DNA of 64,000 nucleotides from an uncultured Chloroflexia bacterium (GTDB taxonomy: Bacteria; Chloroflexota; Limnocylindria; QHBO01). Below are positions 55,327 through 63,948 of the stretch, piece after piece. The stretch covers positions 1,600,001 to 1,664,000 of the forward strand of contig CAWGTN010000002.1 in assembly GCA_963825525.1 (NCBI GenBank), written 5' to 3'. The stretch's first letter is position 1. The number at the start of each line of letters is the position of its first letter. The notes beneath the pieces are model-generated. The model was given only the letters and a program-made list of their open reading frames with translations, had not been told where the DNA came from and ran no database searches. The position numbers and the translations under genes were made by a program.

Positions 55327-55831
55327 CGGACGCACCCCCGACGGCGGCCGCTCGGCGGAGGGCCCGGTATTGGAGAACCTTGGCGTTGCCGTTCGTGATG
55401 CCCATGGCCGCAGCCGTCTCGGCGACCGAGAGGCGCTCCAGGAACCGCAGCTCGAGCACTCGACGATATCGGACGGGAAGGCGACTGAGGGTCTCGCGCA
55501 CCCGTGCGTTCGCATGATCGTTGGGCACCACCGGGATCGGCGAGTCCTCGACCGGCTCCCATCCGACCGCGACGTGGTCGATGCCCACGATCGGCAGCCG
55601 ATAGAAGGCGCGCCAGTGATCGGCGATCGCGTTCTGGGCGACCCGGTACAGCCATGCGGCGATCTGGCGCGGGTCGCGCGACGTGTCGAGCTGCTCCACC
55701 GCCCGAATGAACACCTGCGCCGTCAGATCCTCCGCGTCCGGACGGTTGCCGACACGCGCGTAGACGAAGCGGTAGATCCCCACCACGTGCTTGGCGTAGA
55801 CCTGTTCGAAGGGACCCGGCGCGGCTGACAT
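55319..55831 (-). CDS. ECF RNA polymerase sigma factor
   Basis: Region 2 DAEDLTAQVF...AWLYRVAQNAIADHWR; region 4 LP.RYRRVLELRFLERLSVAETA..MG...NAKVLQYRAL. Confidence 0.93.
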   Translation of the reverse strand: MSAAPGPFEQVYAKHVVGIYRFVYARVGNRPDAEDLTAQVFIRAVEQLDTSRDPRQIAAWLYRVAQNAIADHWRAFYRLPIVGIDHVAVGWEPVEDSPIPVVPNDHANARVRETLSRLPVRYRRVLELRFLERLSVAETAAAMGITNGNAKVLQYRALRRAAAVGGASDG

Positions 55832-55855
55832 CTCACCGATGCCGTACGCCGTGGG

Positions 55856-56344
55856 TTACGCCCGCGGACGCAGGGGAGCGAGCAGCGCAGCCACCTCTTC
55901 GAGGAATCGGGCGTCGTTCTCGTCGAATGCATTCCGATCGGAGGCATCGATGTCGATCTCGCCGATCACCTGCTCGCCCTCGAAGATCGGCACCACGATC
56001 TCGCTGCGGGTGCTGGCGAAGCAGGACAGGTAGCGGGGATCGGCGTCGACGTCCGGGACGATCTCGGTCATGCCGGATGCGGCAGCGGCCCCGCAGACTC
56101 CGGTCCCGATCGGGATCCGCACGTGCTCGGTGGCTTCCGGACCGGTCCACGGGCCAAGCACGAGATCCGTGCCGTCGACCCAGTAGATGCCCACCCAGTC
56201 GTAGGCCGGAAAGCGATCGTGGAGAACGTCCACGACGCGCTGCGTCGCGGCTTCCGGGCCGGCGGCCTCGGCGATCGCGGATCGCACGAGATTCACCGCG
56301 TCCCCGTGAGCGGCGAGCCGCTCTTCGGCGACCGGGTGGCTCAC
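55856..56344 (-). CDS. GAF-domain free methionine-(R)-sulfoxide reductase-like protein
   Basis: Motifs WVGIY, LVLGPW.G, GVCGAAA, VPDV...YLSC...TRSEIVVP and IDID. GTGA overlap with the HxlR stop. Confidence 0.85.
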   Translation of the reverse strand: MSHPVAEERLAAHGDAVNLVRSAIAEAAGPEAATQRVVDVLHDRFPAYDWVGIYWVDGTDLVLGPWTGPEATEHVRIPIGTGVCGAAAASGMTEIVPDVDADPRYLSCFASTRSEIVVPIFEGEQVIGEIDIDASDRNAFDENDARFLEEVAALLAPLRPRA

Positions 56345-56718
56345 CCGTGTGCCGCCCAGCGTTCCGCCCACTGATCGATGGATCTGATGGCGCCTCGGAG
56401 CTCGATACCCTTGGACGTCAGCGAGTATTCGACCCATGGCGGAATCTCACGCACGGCTCGGCGCTGGACCATGCCCTCGTCCTCCAGCAGCTTGAGACGC
56501 TGCGACAGGGTCGCCGAGTTCGCACCGCCGAGCGCGTCCTGCAGCTCGCAGAAGCGCTGCGTCCGGTCTCCCAGGGAGCGGATGATGCGCAGGACCCATT
56601 TCTGGCCGATGACGTTGAGGGCCGCCGTCGCCGCGCACTCGGCCCGCAGGGCATCGGCACGGCGAAGCGCACGCGAGCGCGGCGTGGCGGGGGGCGATGC
56701 AGGGAGTGCGGCGTCCAT
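56341..56718 (-). CDS. HxlR-family winged-helix regulator
   Basis: C...ALNVIGQKW, RFCELQ, TLSQRLKLLE and PPWVEYSLT.KG; has an N-terminal Cys. Confidence 0.92.
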   Translation of the reverse strand: MDAALPASPPATPRSRALRRADALRAECAATAALNVIGQKWVLRIIRSLGDRTQRFCELQDALGGANSATLSQRLKLLEDEGMVQRRAVREIPPWVEYSLTSKGIELRGAIRSIDQWAERWAAHG

Positions 56719-56768
56719 CAGGACGCGAACCCTAGCACCGCCCCCCGTGGACGATCAACCGAGCGAGA

Positions 56769-57200
56769 TCACTCGACGATCACCGTCATGTTCATCGACG
56801 GGTGGAAGAGGCAGGTGATCGCGTACGTCCCGGGCTCGTCGAAGGTGAATCGGGCCGTGGCGTTCCGCTCGAGCTCCTCGTTGATGATCGGGCCCGCGGT
56901 GGCCGTCCCATCCGACCCCTCAGTCACGGTGTGGGTCGCGCCGTCGGCATTGACGAAGCGCACCGTCGTGCCGGCCGGGATGGTCAGCTCTTCGGTGTCG
57001 AATGCGAAGTCCTCGAGCCGGACCGTGACCGGTTCGGCCGATGGATCGGACGCGGCCGCACTGGCCGATGGCTCGGCCACCGCCGAGGATGGTGCGGCGG
57101 AGGCGGTCGGGCTCGGCTGGCTGGCGGGCGCGGCGCCGCACGCGACGAGCACCAGCGCGAGTGTTCCGACGAGTCCGGCGAGCGGCCTGGATCGGGTCAT
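56769..57200 (-). CDS. Cupredoxin (type-1 blue copper) lipoprotein
   Basis: Lipobox LVAC, Ser/Pro/Ala linker, and copper ligands HTVT...CLFHPSM. AGGAG RBS. Confidence 0.9.
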   Translation of the reverse strand: MTRSRPLAGLVGTLALVLVACGAAPASQPSPTASAAPSSAVAEPSASAAASDPSAEPVTVRLEDFAFDTEELTIPAGTTVRFVNADGATHTVTEGSDGTATAGPIINEELERNATARFTFDEPGTYAITCLFHPSMNMTVIVE

Positions 57201-57270
57201 GGGGCGGTGGCTCCTGTCGTGCGAGGTTGACGTCGACGATCCGTACGGAGCACGTTACGCCACGCCACAT

Positions 57271-57299
57271 TTGACGCCCATCGATGCGGACCGCATAGT
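57271..57299 (+). promoter_or_regulatory. Sigma70-type promoter candidate for the ccm operon
   Basis: TTGACG, a 17-nt spacer, then CATAGT ending 35 nt before the ccmA ATG. Confidence 0.55.
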
Positions 57300-57334
57300 G
57301 CGGTGGCCCACCCCTTTCGCCCCGCGCGTCGAGC

Positions 57335-58105
57335 ATGCCGCAGACCACGATTTACGTGTCGCCCCGCTCCCTCGGGGCACCCGACAGCCGTCCGCCGGCG
57401 GTCGCCACCACGGACCTCGCCCGCCTCTTTGCGGGCAGTCCCGCGCTGGCTGGCGTCTCGCTGCGCGTCGAGGGGGGTCGGACGATTGCCCTGCTCGGCC
57501 CGAACGGCGCGGGAAAGACGACGCTCCTGCGATTGCTCGCCACCGTTCTGCGCCCGTCGTACGGCAGGGTCGAGGTCGACGGACTCGACGTCGACCGGGA
57601 TCCGGCGGCCGTGCGCGAACGGATCGCCTACCTGTCACACGCCACCGGGCTCTATGACGGGCTCTCCGCGCGCGAGAACCTCCAGTTCGCGGCGACCATG
57701 CTCGGGACGCCCGATGCCGCCGCGCGAGTCGAGCGGTCGCTGGCCGACGTGGGTCTCGCGACCCGGGCCGCGAGCCGTGTGGGGGAGTTCTCCGCCGGGA
57801 TGCGGAAGCGCCTGGCGCTCGGTCGCATCCTGCTGGGATCCCCCTCGCTCGTGCTGCTGGATGAGCCCTACGCCGCCCTGGATGCCGATGGCATGGGACT
57901 CGTCGATCAGCTTCTGGCCGCCTGGCGCGAGGTCGGCGTGACGATCCTGGTCGCCTCGCACGATATCGGGCGCCTGGAGCCGTTCCTCGACGGACGGGTC
58001 ATGCTCGATCGCGGGCTGGTGTCGAGCGTGGACGGGCAGGGCGTCGAGCATCGATCGCCGGCTCCGCCGCCTCGCCGACCTGCCACGGCCGAGGTGACGC
58101 GATGA
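57335..58105 (+). CDS. ccmA: Heme ABC exporter ATPase
   Basis: Motifs GPNGAGKTT, FSAGMRKR and LLDEPY; first gene of the ccm cluster. Confidence 0.9.
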   Translation: MPQTTIYVSPRSLGAPDSRPPAVATTDLARLFAGSPALAGVSLRVEGGRTIALLGPNGAGKTTLLRLLATVLRPSYGRVEVDGLDVDRDPAAVRERIAYLSHATGLYDGLSARENLQFAATMLGTPDAAARVERSLADVGLATRAASRVGEFSAGMRKRLALGRILLGSPSLVLLDEPYAALDADGMGLVDQLLAAWREVGVTILVASHDIGRLEPFLDGRVMLDRGLVSSVDGQGVEHRSPAPPPRRPATAEVTR

Positions 58106-58791
58106 GCGCCTTGCGGGCGGGCACGCGCATCGCCCTTGCCATCGCTCGGAAGGATGCGCTCGCGGAGCTCCGCGGCCGTCACGCGACCGTGAGCACGCTG
58201 TTCTTTGCGGCGGTCGTGCTGCTTCTCTTCGGGTTCGCGCTCGGACCGGACGCGGCCAGGCTGGAGGAGGCAGCTCCCGGCCTGCTGTGGCTGGCGGTCG
58301 TGTTTTCGGGCGTGCTCGCCGTGAATCGGCTCCACCTGCTGGAGATCGAGGACGGCGCGCTGGAGCAGCTGGCCCTGTACCCGGTTCCGCGACCCGCGAT
58401 CTACGCCGGCAAGGCGCTCGGTGGATTCGCCGTCATGCTCCTGATCGCGGTGGTCGTGCTGGGTGCGGTCGCTGTCCTGTTCGCGGTGGACGTGGTCTCG
58501 GCCCTGCCGGCCCTGCTGGTCACGGCCGTCCTGGGGGCCGCCGGGGTGTCCGCGGTCGGAACGTTCTACGCTGGGCTCACCGTTCGGCTGCGCGCACGGG
58601 AGGTGATGCTGCCCCTGCTCATGCTGCCCATCCTCGCCCCGCTGCTGCTTGGGTCGGTGAAGGCGACCGCCGCGGCCGTTGCCGGCGACCCGTTCGGCGA
58701 GCTCGGGGCGTGGCTCCAGCTGCTCGTGGCATTCGACGTCATCATGGTCACCGCCGGTGCGGCGACGTATGGGTACCTGCTGGAGGATTGA
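58102..58791 (+). CDS. ccmB: Heme exporter permease
   Basis: Motifs KDALAELR, PGLLW, EDGALE and REVMLPLLMLP. Confidence 0.92.
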   Translation: MSALRAGTRIALAIARKDALAELRGRHATVSTLFFAAVVLLLFGFALGPDAARLEEAAPGLLWLAVVFSGVLAVNRLHLLEIEDGALEQLALYPVPRPAIYAGKALGGFAVMLLIAVVVLGAVAVLFAVDVVSALPALLVTAVLGAAGVSAVGTFYAGLTVRLRAREVMLPLLMLPILAPLLLGSVKATAAAVAGDPFGELGAWLQLLVAFDVIMVTAGAATYGYLLED

Positions 58792-59504
58792 TGAAGACAC
58801 GGTTGCTCGGCCTCGTGGCGCTGGTCGCCGTTGCCGCGGCCACGGCCGTCGCCCTGTTCGTGGTTCCGCCGGACCTCAACCAGGGCGATGCGCAGCGGAT
58901 CATGTACCCCCACGTGGCATCCGCCTGGCTGGCGTACCTGTCGTTCGGCGTCACGGCGCTCGCCGGCATCGGCTGGCTCTGGAAGCGTGACCTGCGGCTC
59001 GACGCCATTGCGCACAGCGCGGCGGAGATCGGCGTGATGTTCACGGCCTTCGCGATCTGGGGCGGGATGATGTGGGGCCGGCCGATCTGGGGCGTGTTCT
59101 GGCAGTGGGAGGACCCCCGGCTGACCACCACGGCACTACTGCTTGCCCTCTACGTGGGCTACCTCCTCCTGCGGCGCCTGACCGATGACCCGGAGCGGCG
59201 CGCGACCCGCGCGGCGATCGTGGGCGTCATCGCCGCGGTGGACATACCGATCGTCCACTTCAGCGTGGAGTGGTGGCGCGGCCTTCACCAGACCGCGACG
59301 ATCGGCTCACCCGACCGCGTGCTCAACCCGGCGGCGCCGATGGCCTTCGTCGGCACGCTGCTGGGCATGCTCGGGGCGTTCAGCCTGGTCTGGATCTACC
59401 TCATGATCAGGCGCTATCAGCTGGCACGCGCCGAGGCGACGCGCGAGGAGTCGCGCCGGCTCGACCGGCTCGCGAGTGTCCAGCAACCGGAGGTTGCCCG
59501 ATGA
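58791..59504 (+). CDS. ccmC: Heme exporter / heme-handling protein
   Basis: RIMYPHV, WWD-like WGRPIWGVFWQWEDPRLT, and HFSVEWWRGLHQ. Confidence 0.93.
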   Translation: MKTRLLGLVALVAVAAATAVALFVVPPDLNQGDAQRIMYPHVASAWLAYLSFGVTALAGIGWLWKRDLRLDAIAHSAAEIGVMFTAFAIWGGMMWGRPIWGVFWQWEDPRLTTTALLLALYVGYLLLRRLTDDPERRATRAAIVGVIAAVDIPIVHFSVEWWRGLHQTATIGSPDRVLNPAAPMAFVGTLLGMLGAFSLVWIYLMIRRYQLARAEATREESRRLDRLASVQQPEVAR

Positions 59505-59623
59505 GTGACGTCGGATTTGTGGTGGCGGGCTATGTCGTCATCGTCGGAGGCCTCGGCTTCTACACCGTGGCACTGTGGCGCCGCATCCGCGCGGCGAACG
59601 CACGGGACGACGAGGCCCGATGA
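59501..59623 (+). CDS. ccmD: Heme exporter small subunit
   Basis: 40 aa single TM with Tyr (FVVAGY) and a charged tail; coupled between ccmC and ccmE. Confidence 0.75.
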   Translation: MSDVGFVVAGYVVIVGGLGFYTVALWRRIRAANARDDEAR

Positions 59624-60096
59624 CGGTCTCGCACCCTCCCGAACCCACCCTGCCTCCGCGCCGCAGGCCGTGGGGGATCGTGATCCTGGTTCTCGTGGTC
59701 ATCGTGGTCGTTGGCTTCCTGGCCTTCAGCAGCATCGGGAACGCGCTCGTCTACTACCTGACCCCGACCGAGCTGCTTGACCGAGGCGACGCGGCGATCG
59801 GTCAGACGGTGCGCGTCGGCGGACTGGTGGAGAGCGGCTCGATCGAGCGCGAGCAGCCCGGCGAGGACTATCTGCTCACGTTCATCCTGGCCGACGATGC
59901 GTCGGAGATCCGCGTCATGACCTCGCACGCGCCCACGACGTCGTTCCGCGAAGGGACCGGTGCGGTCGTCGAGGGCAGGCTCGGTTCTGACGGTGTGTTC
60001 GACGCGGACCAGGTCATCGTCAAGCACGACGAGAACTATCAGGTACCGGGGTCCGGCGCCGCACCGAGCGACAACTCCTACATCCCGGGCGAATGA
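59620..60096 (+). CDS. ccmE: Heme chaperone
   Basis: VYYLTP, RVGGLV..GS, FREG.G.VVEG and the heme motif KHDENY. Confidence 0.93.
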   Translation: MTVSHPPEPTLPPRRRPWGIVILVLVVIVVVGFLAFSSIGNALVYYLTPTELLDRGDAAIGQTVRVGGLVESGSIEREQPGEDYLLTFILADDASEIRVMTSHAPTTSFREGTGAVVEGRLGSDGVFDADQVIVKHDENYQVPGSGAAPSDNSYIPGE

Positions 60097-62105
60097 TCCC
60101 GAGCATCGGCCACGCGGCAATCCTGGTGGGCCTGGGCCTGACCGCATACGCGATCGTGGCCTTCGTGCTCGCCGCCAGGGGCGGGGATCCACGCCTGGAG
60201 GCCAGCGCGCGTCGGGCGGTCATCGGGACGTTCGTGGCTGCCGCCGTCGGCTGCATGGCAATGATCGCCTCGCTCCTGGGCCACGACTTCAGCGTCCTCT
60301 ACGTGGCCAGGAACAACGCCACCACGACGCCGCCGTTCATCAGCGTGATCAGCCTGTGGGCCGCCCTCGAGGGTTCGATCCTGTTCTGGACACTGCTGGC
60401 GACAGGGTGGGCCTCGCTGGTGCTGGTTCGCCACCGGAATCGCCATCGGGCGCTGATGCCGTGGGTCGGCGCGGTGCTCGCGACTGTCAACCTGTTCTTC
60501 TTCGCCGTCATGACCTGGCCGGGGAATCCGTTCACCCTGACCTCACCGGTGGGCGTGGAGGGTTCGGGCCCGAACGCGCTGCTCCAGAACCATCCGTTCA
60601 TGGCGCTCCATCCGCCACTCCTGTACCTGGGCTACACGGGGCTGGCCGTGCCGTTTGCCTTCGGAATCGCGGCCCTCATCACGAAGCGCCTCGACGAGGA
60701 ATGGCTCCGCATCGTGCGCCGCTGGACGCTGATCCCGTGGATCTTTCTGACCCTCGGGATCGTGGCCGGTGCGTGGTGGAGCTACGAGGTCCTGGGCTGG
60801 GGTGGCTACTGGGCCTGGGATCCGGTCGAGAATGCGGCGCTCCTGCCCTGGCTGACCGCCACCGGATTCGTCCACTCCGCCATGGTCGCGGAGCGCCGGG
60901 GCGGCCTGAAGATCTGGACCGGCGCCCTCGTCATCGCGACGTTCACGTTGACGCTGGTGGGAACGTTCCTGACCCGTTCCGGAGTCGTGGCCAGCGTTCA
61001 TTCGTTCACCCAGTCGGCGATCGGCCCATGGTTCCTGGCGGCCATCGTGATCACGCTGGCCGCATCGCTCTCGGTGCTCGTCTGGCGTCTGCCCGATCTC
61101 GCCGGCGGCGGTCGCCCATCGGGCACCGTGAGCCGAGAGTCGGCGTTCCTGTTCAACAACGTCCTCTTCCTGGCCCTCACCTTCGCGGTCCTGTTCGGCA
61201 CGCTGCTGCCGCTCCTGGTGGCGAGCACGAGCGGAGCGACGATCAGCGTCGGAGCGCCGTGGTTCAACACCGTCACGGTGCCGATCTTCGTGGCGCTCCT
61301 CTTCCTGATGGGGGTCGGCCCCGCCCTGCCGTGGGGCACGGCGTCGTGGACGTCCGTCCGGGCCCGGTTCAGCCTGCCGCTCGCCGCGGCGGTGATCATC
61401 GGCCTCGGCGCACTGGCGCTCGGGCTTCGGGATCCGATGGCCATCGGAACCCTCGGGTTGGCCACGTTCGTGGGCGGGATCATGGTCGACGAGGTCGCGC
61501 GCGGCGCGCGAGCCCGGGCTCGAACGCGCGGAGAGGATCCCGCAACGGCAACGTGGCGCCTGGCGACGCGCAATCGCCGACGATACGGTGGCTACAGCGT
61601 CCATATCGGCGTGCTGGTGATGGCCGTGGCGGTCGCCATCTCATCGGGCCTGGCCACCGACCGGACCGTGACGCTGGCGCCGGGCGAGTCGGCGGAGATC
61701 GCCGGGTTCACCGTGCGGCACGATCGGCTGGTGGTCGAACCATTGGCGAGCGATGCCCGCGTGACCGAGACGCGAGCCGAGGTCACTTACTCCGGACCAC
61801 AGAGCGGGACTCTGGCGACGGCCCTGCGCGATTACCCCAACTCGCAGGCCGCCATCGCCACTCCCGCGGTCCGCACCTCGCTTGGGGAGGATCTCTACGT
61901 CACCCTGCTGGCGTCCGATGCCGGCAGTGGCTCGGTGACCCTGCACCTGTTCGTCAATCCGCTCGTGGTCTGGATCTGGATCGGCGGTGCGATCGTGGGC
62001 ATCGGCGCCGCATTCGCGATCTGGCCCGATGGCCGGACGCGAGCCGTGACGGTGTCCGATCAGCGGCCGGCGACCGTCGCGAGCGTGGAGGGAGCGGATG
62101 CGTAA
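60093..62105 (+). CDS. ccmF: Cytochrome c heme lyase
   Basis: Motifs EGSILFW, HPPLLYLGY, WSYEVLGWGGYWAWDPVEN, SVHSF and NPLV.WIW.G. Confidence 0.95.
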   Translation: MIPSIGHAAILVGLGLTAYAIVAFVLAARGGDPRLEASARRAVIGTFVAAAVGCMAMIASLLGHDFSVLYVARNNATTTPPFISVISLWAALEGSILFWTLLATGWASLVLVRHRNRHRALMPWVGAVLATVNLFFFAVMTWPGNPFTLTSPVGVEGSGPNALLQNHPFMALHPPLLYLGYTGLAVPFAFGIAALITKRLDEEWLRIVRRWTLIPWIFLTLGIVAGAWWSYEVLGWGGYWAWDPVENAALLPWLTATGFVHSAMVAERRGGLKIWTGALVIATFTLTLVGTFLTRSGVVASVHSFTQSAIGPWFLAAIVITLAASLSVLVWRLPDLAGGGRPSGTVSRESAFLFNNVLFLALTFAVLFGTLLPLLVASTSGATISVGAPWFNTVTVPIFVALLFLMGVGPALPWGTASWTSVRARFSLPLAAAVIIGLGALALGLRDPMAIGTLGLATFVGGIMVDEVARGARARARTRGEDPATATWRLATRNRRRYGGYSVHIGVLVMAVAVAISSGLATDRTVTLAPGESAEIAGFTVRHDRLVVEPLASDARVTETRAEVTYSGPQSGTLATALRDYPNSQAAIATPAVRTSLGEDLYVTLLASDAGSGSVTLHLFVNPLVVWIWIGGAIVGIGAAFAIWPDGRTRAVTVSDQRPATVASVEGADA

Positions 62106-62631
62106 CCTTCGCTGGCTGCTCGTCCCGCTCATCGTCGTGCCGATTGGCCTCCTTCTGCTGTCGGGCTTCGACCGTGACCCGCGCGCCGTGGCGTCGCCGC
62201 TCATCGGCCGACCCGCTCCTGAATGGTCGCTCGTCACGCTGGACGGTGAGACCGTGGACAGTGCCGACCTGGCCGGCAGGCCGTACGTGGTGAACTTCTG
62301 GGCGAGCTGGTGCATCCCCGCCTGCGTTGACGAGCATCCGGTCCTCGCCGAGGCGCGGAATCGATACGGTGACCGCGTCGCGTTCGTCGGCGTGCTCTAC
62401 AACGACGACGTGGCGTCCGCCCGGACGTTCCTGGCGCGGTACGGCGAGACGGGTTACCCGCATGTCGCCGATCCCGACGGACGGCTGGCGATTGACTTCG
62501 GCGTGACCGGCCCGCCGGAGAGCTACTTCGTCGACGGCGGGGGGATCGTTCGTGCGAAGCAGTTCGGCCCGCTGACCGACGCCCTGATCGAAGAGCGGAT
62601 GGCGGCCATCCTGCCGGCGGCGCGGCGATGA
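62098..62631 (+). CDS. ccmG: Thiol-disulfide oxidoreductase for cytochrome c maturation (atypical CxxxC site)
   Basis: N-terminal TM; NFWASWCIPAC..EHP; GVTGPPESYF. Confidence 0.88.
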   Translation: MRNLRWLLVPLIVVPIGLLLLSGFDRDPRAVASPLIGRPAPEWSLVTLDGETVDSADLAGRPYVVNFWASWCIPACVDEHPVLAEARNRYGDRVAFVGVLYNDDVASARTFLARYGETGYPHVADPDGRLAIDFGVTGPPESYFVDGGGIVRAKQFGPLTDALIEERMAAILPAARR

Positions 62632-63089
62632 CGCGCTGGGTCATGCCAGTTGCGCTCGGTGGGCTGGTCGCGCTGATCGCGCTGGTGGCCACGCTCGCGC
62701 TGCGCCCGACCGCGGATCTCACGCCGGGCGAGCGCGGCGACGCGCTTGCGCGGGAGCTCCGCTGCCCGGACTGCCAGGGGCTCTCGGTTGCCGATTCGCC
62801 AACGGGGGCCGCGCGCGAGATCCACCGGCAGGTGGACGAGCTCGTTGCCGGAGGCGCAACCGACGAGGAGGTCCGCGCGCACTTCGTCGATCGCTATGGC
62901 GAGTGGATCCTCCTGGCACCGACATCGCTCGTCACCTGGCTCGTGCCGCTCGGGGTCCTGGCCGGAGGGGTGGCGTTGTATGCGACCTGGCTGGCCGGTC
63001 GGCGGCGCGCGTCGCCGGCGCCGAGTGTCGTGCTGACCCCCGCCGAGCGGGGCCGGCTGCATGACGAGGTCGATGCGCTCGATGCCTGA
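62628..63089 (+). CDS. ccmH: Cytochrome c biogenesis protein
   Basis: Motifs LRCPDCQG.SVADS and FVDRYGEWILLAP. Confidence 0.92.
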   Translation: MTRWVMPVALGGLVALIALVATLALRPTADLTPGERGDALARELRCPDCQGLSVADSPTGAAREIHRQVDELVAGGATDEEVRAHFVDRYGEWILLAPTSLVTWLVPLGVLAGGVALYATWLAGRRRASPAPSVVLTPAERGRLHDEVDALDA

Positions 63090-63945
63090 CGTACTCCTGC
63101 TGCTGGTGGGCCTGGCGGTCGCCGGTGCGTTCGTCGTGCTCCCGCTCATCGGGCGCGATTCGGGGTCTGCGCCGGTGGACGACGATCGGGCGGCGGACGA
63201 GCTCCGTCATCGGGTGGCGCTCGAGGCGCTGCGCGACGTGGAGGCCGATCGCCGGGCTGGGTCACTCGACGATGCCGCGTATGCGAGCCAGCTCGCGGAG
63301 GCCGAGGCGCATGCGCACACCACCCGGTCGGCGCTCGAGCGATCGCCCGTGACGCCGATCGACCGCTCGGCGGGTCGGGGTGTCGTGGTGGCGGGATTCG
63401 TGGCCGCGACGCTGGCCGCCATCCTGGTCGTTGGCTCACTGTTCCCGGGCTCCGGCATTGCAAACCAGACCAGGGTCGACGAGAACCTCGCCGCGGCCCG
63501 CGATGCCGAGGCCGCGCGCCAGGACCGGATCGATGAGCTCCTCCAGGCGCTGGCGGCGGACGCGACCAACCCCCAGACGCTCTCCGACCTGGCCGATGCC
63601 TACCTGGCCGGGAGCACGCGCGAGGACCTGGTCAGGGCGGCCGTCAGCCTGCAGATCCTCATCGAGCTTGAGCCCGAGAGAGTCGACGCATACGAACGCA
63701 TCATGACCGCGTACCTCCGGGCCGGCGACGCCCCCAATGCCCGGGCGGCGCACGACTCGTATGCGGCGCTCGAGAATGCCGATCCGGCAGAGGTCGCGTT
63801 CTTCGACGGACTCATCGCACTGCGTGGCGAAGGCGATCCGCGCCGCGCGGTTGCCGCCTTCGACCAGTTCCTGGAGATCGCGCCCGATGATCCTCGGGCC
63901 GCCATGATCCGGGGATTGCGCGACGAGGCCGCGGCCGGGGGCTGA
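63082..63945 (+). CDS. ccmI: Cytochrome c biogenesis TPR protein
   Basis: TM helix, LRDVEAD..AG.LD...Y, a second TM helix, then TPR-like repeats. Confidence 0.8.
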   Translation: MPDVLLLLVGLAVAGAFVVLPLIGRDSGSAPVDDDRAADELRHRVALEALRDVEADRRAGSLDDAAYASQLAEAEAHAHTTRSALERSPVTPIDRSAGRGVVVAGFVAATLAAILVVGSLFPGSGIANQTRVDENLAAARDAEAARQDRIDELLQALAADATNPQTLSDLADAYLAGSTREDLVRAAVSLQILIELEPERVDAYERIMTAYLRAGDAPNARAAHDSYAALENADPAEVAFFDGLIALRGEGDPRRAVAAFDQFLEIAPDDPRAAMIRGLRDEAAAGG

Positions 63946-63948
63946 CCC

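Noticed and set aside
59960-62293. Long alternative-frame or antisense ORFs (e.g. 777 aa here, 651 aa at 15315-17270, 576 aa at 55927-57657, 458 aa at 747-2123)
   Set aside because: These Arg/Pro/Gly-rich shadow ORFs are expected at about 70% GC. They overlap well-supported genes and carry no motifs.
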